Below, in pieces: positions 44,301 to 54,061 of a stretch of 63,523 bases of DNA. Source of the stretch: Paraphysomonas bandaiensis (Eukaryota; Protista; Chrysophyceae); NCBI GenBank assembly GCA_965644295.1, contig CBFFRP010000505.1, positions 1 to 63,523 on the forward strand, read 5' to 3'. The position numbers and the translations under genes were made by a program. Below the pieces are notes generated by a model, which saw only the letters and a list, made by a program, of their open reading frames with translations, was not told the DNA's origin and did no database searches. Positions within the stretch are counted from its first letter, which is position 1. Each line of letters starts with the position of its first letter.

Positions 44301-47240
44301 CATACCCATCACACAACCAATACTGCCTGAGCATACTATATTCACTCAGCTAACACACGTAGCAGCAGTATTACTGTACAACATATACCCATCACACAAC
44401 CAATACACGTCATACACTATTGTCTCTCAGTACATAAGCCTCTTGCATGCACTCGGCTCAACGAGAGAATATAAGTGTAGCATAACATATACAACATACC
44501 CATCACACAACCAATACACGTCATACACTTTCTCTCGGTGCACCCTGCCTGAGCATACTATATTCACTCAGCTAACACGCGTAGCGGCATTATTACTGTA
44601 CAACATATACCCATCACACAACCAATACACGTCATACACTATTGTCTCTCAGTACATAAGCCTCTTGCATGCACTCGGCTCAACGAGAGAATATAAGTGT
44701 AGCATAACATATACAACATACCCATCACACAACCAATACTGCCTGAGCATACTATATTCACTCATCTAACACGCGTAGCAGCAGAATGACTGTACAACAT
44801 ATACCCATCACACAACCAATACACGTCATATACACTATCTCTCGGTGCACCCTCCTGCCTGAGCATACTATATTCACTCAGCTAACACGCGTAGCAGCAG
44901 TATTACTGTACAACATATACCCATCACACAACCAATACACGTCATACACTATTGTCTCTCAGTACATAAGCCTCTTGCATGCACTCGGCTCAACGAGAGA
45001 ATATAAGTGTAGCATAACATATACAACATACCCATCACACAACCAATACACGTCATACACTTTCTCTCGGTGCACCCTGCCTGAGCATACTATATTCACT
45101 CAGCTAACACGCGTAGCAGCAGTATTACTGTACAACATATACCCATCACACAACCAATACACGTCATACACTATTGTCTCTCAGTACAACATGAGTCTCT
45201 TGCATGCACTCGGCTCAACGAGAGAATATAAGTGTAGCATAACATATACAACATACCCATCAGACAACCAATACACGTCATACACTTTCTCTCGGTGCAC
45301 CCTGCCTGAGCATACTATATTCACTCAGCTAACACGCGTAGCAGCAGTATTACTGTACAACATATACCCATCACACAACCAATACACGTCATACACTATT
45401 GTCTCTCAGTACAACATGAGTCTCTTGCATGCACTCGGCTCAACGAGAGAATATAAGTGTAGCATAACATATACAACATACCCATCACACAACCAATACT
45501 GCCTGAGCATACTATATTCACTCAGCTAACACACGTAGCAGCAGTATTACTGTACAACATATACCCATCACACAACCAATACACGTCATACACTATTGTC
45601 TCTCAGTACATAAGCCTCTTGCATGCACTCGGCTCAACGAGAGAATATAAGTGTAGCATAACATATACAACATACCCATCACACAACCAATACACGTCAT
45701 ACACTTTCTCTCGGTGCACCCTGCCTGAGCATACTATATTCACTCAGCTAACACGCGTAGCGGCATTATTACTGTACAACATATACCCATCACACAACCA
45801 ATACACGTCATACACTATTGTCTCTCAGTACATAAGCCTCTTGCATGCACTCGGCTCAACGAGAGAATATAAGTGTAGCATAACATATACAACATACCCA
45901 TCACACAACCAATACTGCCTGAGCATACTATATTCACTCATCTAACACGCGTAGCAGCAGAATGACTGTACAACATATACCCATCACACAACCAATACAC
46001 GTCATATACACTATCTCTCGGTGCACCCTCCTGCCTGAGCATACTATATTCACTCAGCTAACACGCGTAGCAGCAGTATTACTGTACAACATATACCCAT
46101 CACACAACCAATACACGTCATACACTATTGTCTCTCAGTACATAAGCCTCTTGCATGCACTCGGCTCAACGAGAGAATATAAGTGTAGCATAACATATAC
46201 AACATACCCATCAGACAACCAATACACGTCATACACTTTCTCTCGGTGCACCCTGCCTGAGCATACTATATTCACTCAGCTAACACGCGTAGCAGCAGTA
46301 TTACTGTACAACATATACCCATCACACAACCAATACACGTCATACACTATTGTCTCTCAGTACAACATGAGTCTCTTGCATGCACTCGGCTCAACGAGAG
46401 AATATAAGTGTAGCATAACATATACAACATACCCATCACACAACCAATACTGCCTGAGCATACTATATTCACTCAGCTAACACACGTAGCAGCAGTATTA
46501 CTGTACAACATATACCCATCACACAACCAATACACGTCATACACTATTGTCTCTCAGTACATAAGCCTCTTGCATGCACTCGGCTCAACGAGAGAATATA
46601 AGTGTAGCATAACATATACAACATACCCATCAGACAACCAATACACGTCATACACTTTCTCTCGGTGCACCCTGCCTGAGCATACTATATTCACTCAGCT
46701 AACACGCGTAGCAGCAGTATTACTGTACAACATATACCCATCACACAACCAATACACGTCATACACTATTGTCTCTCAGTACAACATGAGTCTCTTGCAT
46801 GCACTCGGCTCAACGAGAGAATATAAGTGTAGCATAACATATACAACATACCCATCACACAACCAATACTGCCTGAGCATACTATATTCACTCAGCTAAC
46901 ACACGTAGCAGCAGTATTACTGTACAACATATACCCATCACACAACCAATACACGTCATACACTATTGTCTCTCAGTACATAAGCCTCTTGCATGCACTC
47001 GGCTCAACGAGAGAATATAAGTGTAGCATAACATATACAACATACCCATCACACAACCAATACACGTCATACACTTTCTCTCGGTGCACCCTGCCTGAGC
47101 ATACTATATTCACTCAGCTAACACGCGTAGCAGCAGTATTACTGTACAACATATACCCATCACACAACCAATACACGTCATACACTATTGTTCCTCAGTA
47201 CAAGATGAGCATAGAGCAGTCAATTAGCTCAACAAGAGAT
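20382..47240. repeat. Complex satellite array (~26.9 kb): two related ~110-115-bp monomers plus a deleted form, ~225/197-bp dimers, local higher-order repeats
   Basis: Shared core ACAACATA(TA)CCCATCACACAACCAATAC(ACGTCATACACT), followed by A (ATTGTCTCTCAGTAC...GCACTCGGCTCAACGAGAGAATATAAGTGTAGCAT) or B (TTCTCTCGGTGCACC...CTGAGCATACTATATTCACTCAGCTAAC...GTAGCAGCAG). Confidence 0.98.
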
Positions 47241-47246
47241 CACACG

Positions 47247-47708
47247 TGTAGTTGTTCTTAAGAACAACGTATGCTCACACAAAAACAACACTGATCTATA
47301 ACGTTTTAAAAAAATTTTAAGTGCACGCCAGCGGGCTGCTACACTGTTGAACTCACCAGCGGGTGATGCTCCTCAACTCAGACGCAAACCGCGAAAGAAT
47401 TTAAATAAATCGTTATTTAAAACGTTATATAGAAAAGTGAGTAACACTGCTATACAACTCTACAGTAACACACACATACAACATCATGTTCAGCATTTCA
47501 CTTCAGCACACAACACACCAGATCAGAAGTATTTTATCCGGTACGTATGTACAGCTTCAACACTCCGTGTATACACTGAAAGAGTAGAAACTGAATATGT
47601 AACTGAAAACTGAAAATACAAAAACACTCTGTACGTGTTAGAGAGTACAACAGAAGAGTAACATATAATACTACTACCAACGCAGAAAATAACCAGTACT
47701 GCGTTACA
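47247..47708 (-). repeat. 3' LTR (462 bp)
   Basis: One substitution seen versus the 5' LTR (AAAAAATTT vs AAAAGATTT). Confidence 0.95.
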
Positions 47709-47711
47709 CTA

Positions 47712-47725
47712 CCCTCTTTCCCCCC
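47712..47725 (-). promoter_or_regulatory. Polypurine tract
   Basis: GGGGGGAAAGAGGG 3 nt upstream of the 3' LTR on the minus strand. Confidence 0.9.
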
Positions 47726-47938
47726 AGCTGGAGAAATTAGATTGTGAATACAGACTGTGATTCTTGTATGCAAATACTTAAATCGGCCATATTAGATAGC
47801 GTCATTCTAAGTATAAACAAACAAAATCAGATTTAAACAGATATTGAGAATAAACTAGATAGACAAGGTAGTATTATAATAGAAATAAAAGAACATTGCA
47901 AATATTATCATATAATATAATAGAAGAATAAAACCTGT

Positions 47939-50900
47939 TTACAAGAGTATATCAGGAAAACTCTTGCAAAACTCCACATCGACAAGCACCATGGTAGACG
48001 GATTGAAATCGAAGCATAGTCCATAGCAGTAAACGTCATACGCACTCCATTCATAGGTAGTGTCAAAGAGTGGGCAGTATAAATCGATGCGTAAACGGCG
48101 TTTGCCTGCCCATCGTTTATAACGGCATAATACTACATAATTTGTGACATAGCAATCCGGTAATGATAATGCGTCGTAAAAATCTGCTCCCCAAGCTCGT
48201 AGGTTGATGTACACCTTTTGGCCTGGTTGAACTCCATCAATCTGCTGTTTCCGCATTCGTAGTCGTTGTTCTTTAGCTTCCTTAGCAGAAAATAAAAGTG
48301 GAAACAACGCAGGAATGTCTTTACAATACTGCTGGAAAGCCCGTGCGGTTGCAAGATCGGAATTGTATGGAATCCACACTTGTGAATCATCACTAAATAA
48401 TACGAGAAAATCCATAGTAGATCTCTTTTCAGGATCTCCCCGATATGCCACAATCTTTCGCACTTCATACTGGTTATAGTCTACTAAAGCAATGCGAAAT
48501 GCCTCATCATGAGTACCAAAAAATGGTTTAAGCCAAGACATATGAAAGACTACCTCAAATCGCATTACAATATGTGTACAGGTGATATCTGCTTTGTACG
48601 TAGAGACAACCTCGTATGGACCTTTAAATCTAGGATATAGTTTTGACGGTTTAAATTTCGAAGAATTTGGTTGGAATAAAACAAGCTGTCCGGGTTGATA
48701 TTCCGTTAAGGTCTCCGGAGGTGTTTTGGATTTTCTCTTTGCTTGGATCTTGCGTTGGACATCACATGCAATCTCACGTATAGTTCTCAAATTCTGATTT
48801 ATAAGAGATAAATATTCCGTAGTATCAACCGAATCTGACACAGCATCTGACAATTTGAAATAAGGTTTGTCTATTGTACCAAATGTAAACTCAAAAGGTG
48901 ACAATCCCGTTTCGCTACTTATTTCATCATTCAGTATGAACTGGATTACCATATAGCACTCCGGCTCTCCCCAGCAATCTTGCAACCTTTCATCATGTAC
49001 AAGAGCACTTAGAAATCGTAATGTCTCTCTATGAGTTCTCTCCACCATGTTGGACTCATGTCTATCTGTCAAAGACATTCTGAAGCGCACACCAAACCAT
49101 TTTAACAATAACTGAACAACCTCTGCTGTAATATTCGAACCTGGGTCTGAAATTAACACTTCCGATATTCCGTACGTCACGAAATAAGAAAACAACGCTC
49201 GCGCTACTCCAACTGCCGTGTAATCAGTTGCTGGATACAGACCAACCAAACGCGATGGCAATTGCTTTACAACATGGATGCAACAATGCCCTTTCTTGTC
49301 AGGAGGAGACACAGAGAGTGTGTCAAATCCTACATAATGTCTACAATGCTCGGAGTCTAAAGCTCTGATGGGTGCCTGCAAGGAAGCGCTCATTCCCGCA
49401 TTGAACTTCTGACAAATGGGACACCGATCTATGAAATCTTGTATCACCTCTGTGGTTAACTTGTGACCTGGAAATACCTTACTCAGCTTTAACCATGTTC
49501 GTTTAACTCCATGGTGACCTATCCGACCATTGTGTACTAAGTCGAACGCCTCTTTGGGTGAACTAGGTTTAATACCTTGAGCCGCTAGTTCATCTAAAGC
49601 TGCAAGTATCTCAGCTGGGAACACTGAATAACAAGCTACATCGTCGGTTTCTGAACTCCATTCCCCTACTTGGTTAAGCTCAATAAGCTGATCATCTGGT
49701 AGTAAGTCCGTATTTTCAAACATGACTACTTCACCACATACGACACTTTCTTCTGGAAAACATTCCATACAAACAGACAATAACATAACATGAGCCACAG
49801 CCGATTCCTGATCCTTACGAGATAACCAATCAGCAAATCTATTTAATTTTCCCTTGAAGTGAAGCAAGTCGAAATTGAAATTCTGTATAAACATCCGCAT
49901 GCGTACTATTCTGTCAACAACCGAAACTTCCATCCATTTAAGATTGGCGTGATCCGTCATGATCGTGAACTTTTTACCTCTCAAATAATACGACAAGGCA
50001 TATACACAAAAGAATATTCCAAAACACTCCTTGTCAATAGTGGACCACTTCAATGTTGGTTCCGAAAATTTCTTCGACACCATTGCAATTACTTGATAGA
50101 ATTCTTGACCATTGGCATCAATGAAAATTTGTAACAACACACCTCCACATGCATAAAACGAAGCATCTGTCATCAAGATCCATCTTAAAGAGTAGTCAGG
50201 ATGATACAGAGTAAGAGATTTTAAAATCGCCTCTTTAAATCTACTAAATTCCTCCCTGTAATTTACTTTCCAACCATTCTCATTCCAGTCAAAATTCTTC
50301 TTCGTCATGTCATGTAACTTATGAGTAAGGTCACTATATAACGGAATAAAAGGTTTAAAATATATTGCCGCTCCCAGGAATCTCTGCATTTGTTTCGTCT
50401 TATTTTTCCCTTCTGGAAATTCAATTGCAGTTACTGATAATTTTCGGGCCTCAGTTAATTGGTAAGTGTTGTCCTTACAAAGATAGCCGAAAAATTCCAC
50501 TGATGAATAGCCAAATTTGCTTTTCGACAATTTCAACACGACATTATAATAAGTACATTTTTTAATGACCTTCTTGAATTTCTCAATAGCATCCTGATAA
50601 TCATACGCTAACACCAGTAAGTTGTCAAATATCACTACCATCCACTCTGAGAATTCATTGAAAATATCAGACACTACATGCATCACAACTCCACTTGCCG
50701 GAGAAACTCCCTCTGGCATAAACTTTGGTTCGAACTGGCCCCATGGAGTTTGAACTGACAACAGTGCTGAAACTGATTCATGAAGTCTAATACCATGGAA
50801 AGCATTACATATATCTAAATCAATGAACACCTTATACCCAGCTGCTTTATGTAATTCTTTTATAACATCTGGTATGGGATAATGCGGACTTTCAATTTCT

Positions 50901-51883
50901 AAATTAACACGCCTGTAATCACCACATATTCGAATAAAAGGTTTCGTAGCCTTGGGTGCTACTACTATTGGTGATGCATAAGGACTCGTACTGGGACGAT
51001 AAAAGTATCCACACATCCTATTGAACTCCTCCTTAGTACGTTCATATAACATAGGTGGTATCCTTCTCATATTCTTTGGTTTAATTCTATCAGGAATAGT
51101 ACTTTTCACCTTTAATTTTAACTCAGGAACATGCTGAATTCCAGTCCATTCTCTAGGAACAAAGACATCAACTGCATCCTCTCTCAAAACTCTCAATATA
51201 TCAGTTTGTTGAGCGAAATCAGGATGTACTTTTGATTCTAGTTCACTAAAATATTTCTCCCTAGCCTCATCCACTGACTGTTCCAAAAATGTCACTAAAC
51301 TTCCAAAACTACATGGTTCGGGAATCATATCATCTTCCTCTGACTGTTCTGGAATTGGATTTTCCCAAGGATCACACACTGGTCCTGACGACATATATCT
51401 CCTAAGTTCGTCAATGTCTTCACCAATATTGGCAAGAATTTCTATCTCATTTAAATTAACTGATTGCTCCGCACTCAGTGATGCTTTCTTAATCATGTTC
51501 ATAAATAACTCGGAAAAATGCTCACAGATTGCCGGTAATCCTATAATAATATCCTTTGCCAAACCGTCCAAAACATACAGTGAAAGTTGTGCTTTGTAGG
51601 TCTTACCCTCATCTTCAAAAGCAATTGTAACAGGAATATATCCTTTAAGTTCAATCTGATGTCCGTCTGCTACTTTAACCCTCAACTTTTTATGTACCAT
51701 ATCTTTTAACAATTTGTCCCCACACTTCTTAACAAAATTTGATGAAATAAAATTATCCGAAGATGATCCGGAATCAAATAAAACCATTTCCACATTAATC
51801 TTATCACCACAATTATTTATTATCATTCCTTGCCTATGTACAGCATTGCGAAATCTGCTGGAAGTATCATTGTAATCTCGCAT
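47939..51883 (-). CDS. pol: Gypsy Pol (1314 aa): protease, RT, RNase H, integrase, GPY, chromodomain-like, C-terminal extension
   Basis: LFDSGS; RICGDYRRVN, DLDICNAF, MPEG, IFDN; TDAS, DKE, TDH; H..GHHG..CPIC, SDPGS, VER; KGPYEV; YEVRKIVAYR...FLVLF...VWIP. Confidence 0.96.
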   Translation of the reverse strand: MRDYNDTSSRFRNAVHRQGMIINNCGDKINVEMVLFDSGSSSDNFISSNFVKKCGDKLLKDMVHKKLRVKVADGHQIELKGYIPVTIAFEDEGKTYKAQLSLYVLDGLAKDIIIGLPAICEHFSELFMNMIKKASLSAEQSVNLNEIEILANIGEDIDELRRYMSSGPVCDPWENPIPEQSEEDDMIPEPCSFGSLVTFLEQSVDEAREKYFSELESKVHPDFAQQTDILRVLREDAVDVFVPREWTGIQHVPELKLKVKSTIPDRIKPKNMRRIPPMLYERTKEEFNRMCGYFYRPSTSPYASPIVVAPKATKPFIRICGDYRRVNLEIESPHYPIPDVIKELHKAAGYKVFIDLDICNAFHGIRLHESVSALLSVQTPWGQFEPKFMPEGVSPASGVVMHVVSDIFNEFSEWMVVIFDNLLVLAYDYQDAIEKFKKVIKKCTYYNVVLKLSKSKFGYSSVEFFGYLCKDNTYQLTEARKLSVTAIEFPEGKNKTKQMQRFLGAAIYFKPFIPLYSDLTHKLHDMTKKNFDWNENGWKVNYREEFSRFKEAILKSLTLYHPDYSLRWILMTDASFYACGGVLLQIFIDANGQEFYQVIAMVSKKFSEPTLKWSTIDKECFGIFFCVYALSYYLRGKKFTIMTDHANLKWMEVSVVDRIVRMRMFIQNFNFDLLHFKGKLNRFADWLSRKDQESAVAHVMLLSVCMECFPEESVVCGEVVMFENTDLLPDDQLIELNQVGEWSSETDDVACYSVFPAEILAALDELAAQGIKPSSPKEAFDLVHNGRIGHHGVKRTWLKLSKVFPGHKLTTEVIQDFIDRCPICQKFNAGMSASLQAPIRALDSEHCRHYVGFDTLSVSPPDKKGHCCIHVVKQLPSRLVGLYPATDYTAVGVARALFSYFVTYGISEVLISDPGSNITAEVVQLLLKWFGVRFRMSLTDRHESNMVERTHRETLRFLSALVHDERLQDCWGEPECYMVIQFILNDEISSETGLSPFEFTFGTIDKPYFKLSDAVSDSVDTTEYLSLINQNLRTIREIACDVQRKIQAKRKSKTPPETLTEYQPGQLVLFQPNSSKFKPSKLYPRFKGPYEVVSTYKADITCTHIVMRFEVVFHMSWLKPFFGTHDEAFRIALVDYNQYEVRKIVAYRGDPEKRSTMDFLVLFSDDSQVWIPYNSDLATARAFQQYCKDIPALFPLLFSAKEAKEQRLRMRKQQIDGVQPGQKVYINLRAWGADFYDALSLPDCYVTNYVVLCRYKRWAGKRRLRIDLYCPLFDTTYEWSAYDVYCYGLCFDFNPSTMVLVDVEFCKSFPDILL

Positions 51884-51904
51884 AGCCGCTATCAGTGATT
51901 GTGC

Positions 51905-53521
51905 TCAAAGGTCATCCAAAGGATTGTCATCCCCTTGTTGATCCTCTTCAACATCAGGTTGATCTCTGGTAAGAATACGTACATCACCAGGACGCTTTCT
52001 ATCCCCAGGATATCTTTTCAATTGAGCTGGAGAATTACTGTATCGACGTTGAGGTGGTGCATTAATACTTGGTTTGGGCATTACTGTTAACCCCACTCTT
52101 TCAGTCATCTTCTTAAGAGCTTCCGTCAAAACAGCTTTATCATGTGAAAATTTACATGACTTATCTTTGCACCCACCATCTTGCGTCAATTCTCTAAAAC
52201 ATGGGGAAGATTTCAATACCTCAGCCGCATACAAATCTTCTTCATGTTTCAGTACGTTTTGCTCCTCATCACTAACAGATTCTGAGTCAGAAACTTGTTG
52301 CTCAATTTGGTGTAGTCGCTTATCTACCGCAGACGATTTTGTTCGAAAATTAAAACGACTTCTGAATTGATTACATTTTAACGACAAATCCCTAGTAATC
52401 TTCAACTGCTTAAAGAATTCTTTCAGAAAAGCTTTTACTGAAGGGAAATTTTCCGACCTCATGAGTCTCTTAGTAGTATCTCTCATACACGCAGGAATAA
52501 GACTCATCCACTGTTCCAACGAACCACCTCTCTTAGTCGTTACTAAAGGTATACTCTCATCAAGTTTGTTCATCTTAGCAGCCTCCTCTAAGAAATCATA
52601 CCGCTGATTGAACTTCGTTTCCAAAATACAAAGATCCTCATCAACTCGACGAAAATCCTCCAACTTGTCCATTGTTACTCTGTACGGCAAACACGATTCA
52701 AGCAACATCGAATTAAAATCCATCATATCCAAAGGTCTGAACTGATACTTCGCTGCCTCAATAACTCGCGTTACACTTGCATCTATGCATTCCAAAGGTT
52801 CAGTATAATCATCAGGATATAATTCCATCAACGTAAACCTAATCATTTCCTTAGCCCTGCCTTCCAACAATGTAAACACAGAAGGAATTGGTCCATTGTC
52901 ACGACATTTCTCAAACTCAGCAATTCGTTCCAAGAAAACCAAAAACCCATCTAAAGTAATTTCCGACAACCTTATCTCCAGGTATGAATCATCTTCTTTG
53001 GTCAACGTAACTTTAGCCTTCGGTTGACGATCAATTTCACGAAGTGCTTCCTGAATAGTCTGACGTTTAGGTCTGACCGGTGGTCGCTCCTCTTCACTCC
53101 TGAGAGCTTGAGTAGCATTCAATACACCCTCACGCACAGCATTCTCTATGCGCGTATGCAACAACTCAGGGTCAATATACTGCTGCTCACGTCGCTCAAT
53201 AGTTGCAGCTACAGGCTGTTCACCATTCCCATGACCATCTAATTTAGACTCTTCAAACGGTATCTCCGAAAGCTGATCAACTTGTATAATTTCTGAATTA
53301 GCTCTCGATGACCTTCCAGATCTCCTCTGATTGATCTCCTCAAGACTCCGTTGAACATGCTCATTGAACGCCTGTTGCTGATGAAAACGCTGCTCTATAT
53401 CACCAAAACGTTGTTCTATACCACCGAAACGCTGCTCCATATACTCACGTTGCTCACGCATATACTGCATCAAGTCTTCCAGAGTAAGCTCTGTCTTCGC
53501 ATCTCCTTCTGCAGGCTCCAT
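51905..53521 (-). CDS. gag: Gag-like protein (538 aa)
   Basis: Located between the 5' LTR and pol; CFRELTQDGGCKDKSCKFSH finger. Confidence 0.85.
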   Translation of the reverse strand: MEPAEGDAKTELTLEDLMQYMREQREYMEQRFGGIEQRFGDIEQRFHQQQAFNEHVQRSLEEINQRRSGRSSRANSEIIQVDQLSEIPFEESKLDGHGNGEQPVAATIERREQQYIDPELLHTRIENAVREGVLNATQALRSEEERPPVRPKRQTIQEALREIDRQPKAKVTLTKEDDSYLEIRLSEITLDGFLVFLERIAEFEKCRDNGPIPSVFTLLEGRAKEMIRFTLMELYPDDYTEPLECIDASVTRVIEAAKYQFRPLDMMDFNSMLLESCLPYRVTMDKLEDFRRVDEDLCILETKFNQRYDFLEEAAKMNKLDESIPLVTTKRGGSLEQWMSLIPACMRDTTKRLMRSENFPSVKAFLKEFFKQLKITRDLSLKCNQFRSRFNFRTKSSAVDKRLHQIEQQVSDSESVSDEEQNVLKHEEDLYAAEVLKSSPCFRELTQDGGCKDKSCKFSHDKAVLTEALKKMTERVGLTVMPKPSINAPPQRRYSNSPAQLKRYPGDRKRPGDVRILTRDQPDVEEDQQGDDNPLDDL

Positions 53522-53599
53522 GACTCTTAAAACAGTTCAAAGGGCTCAATAACACAATGAATGTATAATGTATTGTTCTTATCAACAGAGTAATATTAC

Positions 53600-54061
53600 T
53601 GTAGTTGTTCTTAAGAACAACGTATGCTCACACAAAAACAACACTGATCTATAACGTTTTAAAAAGATTTTAAGTGCACGCCAGCGGGCTGCTACACTGT
53701 TGAACTCACCAGCGGGTGATGCTCCTCAACTCAGACGCAAACCGCGAAAGAATTTAAATAAATCGTTATTTAAAACGTTATATAGAAAAGTGAGTAACAC
53801 TGCTATACAACTCTACAGTAACACACACATACAACATCATGTTCAGCATTTCACTTCAGCACACAACACACCAGATCAGAAGTATTTTATCCGGTACGTA
53901 TGTACAGCTTCAACACTCCGTGTATACACTGAAAGAGTAGAAACTGAATATGTAACTGAAAACTGAAAATACAAAAACACTCTGTACGTGTTAGAGAGTA
54001 CAACAGAAGAGTAACATATAATACTACTACCAACGCAGAAAATAACCAGTACTGCGTTACA
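53600..54061 (-). repeat. 5' LTR (462 bp)
   Basis: Direct repeat of 47247-47708. Confidence 0.95.

Larger units (their letters stand above)
47247..54061 (-). mobile_element. Full-length Ty3/Gypsy LTR retrotransposon with chromodomain-like integrase tail (6815 bp)
   Basis: Two 462-bp TG...CA LTRs, CACG TSD (47243-47246 and 54062-54065), PPT, gag, and pol in PR-RT-RH-IN order. Confidence 0.97.

Noticed and set aside
20382-47240. CRISPR-like appearance (constant ~40-bp core with intervening sequences)
   Set aside because: Intervening sequences are only two or three recurring types, not unique spacers; no cas genes; eukaryotic TE context
20474-47261. Dozens of repetitive ORFs (MSLL.ALGSTREYKCS...)
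   Set aside because: By-products of stop-poor satellite frames; frequent indels shift frames freely, so there is no sign of coding constraint
47467-47485. LTR motif ACACATACAACAT shared with the satellite core (possible LTR origin of the satellite)
   Set aside because: Only ~13 bp of low-complexity A/C-rich sequence; no extended alignment
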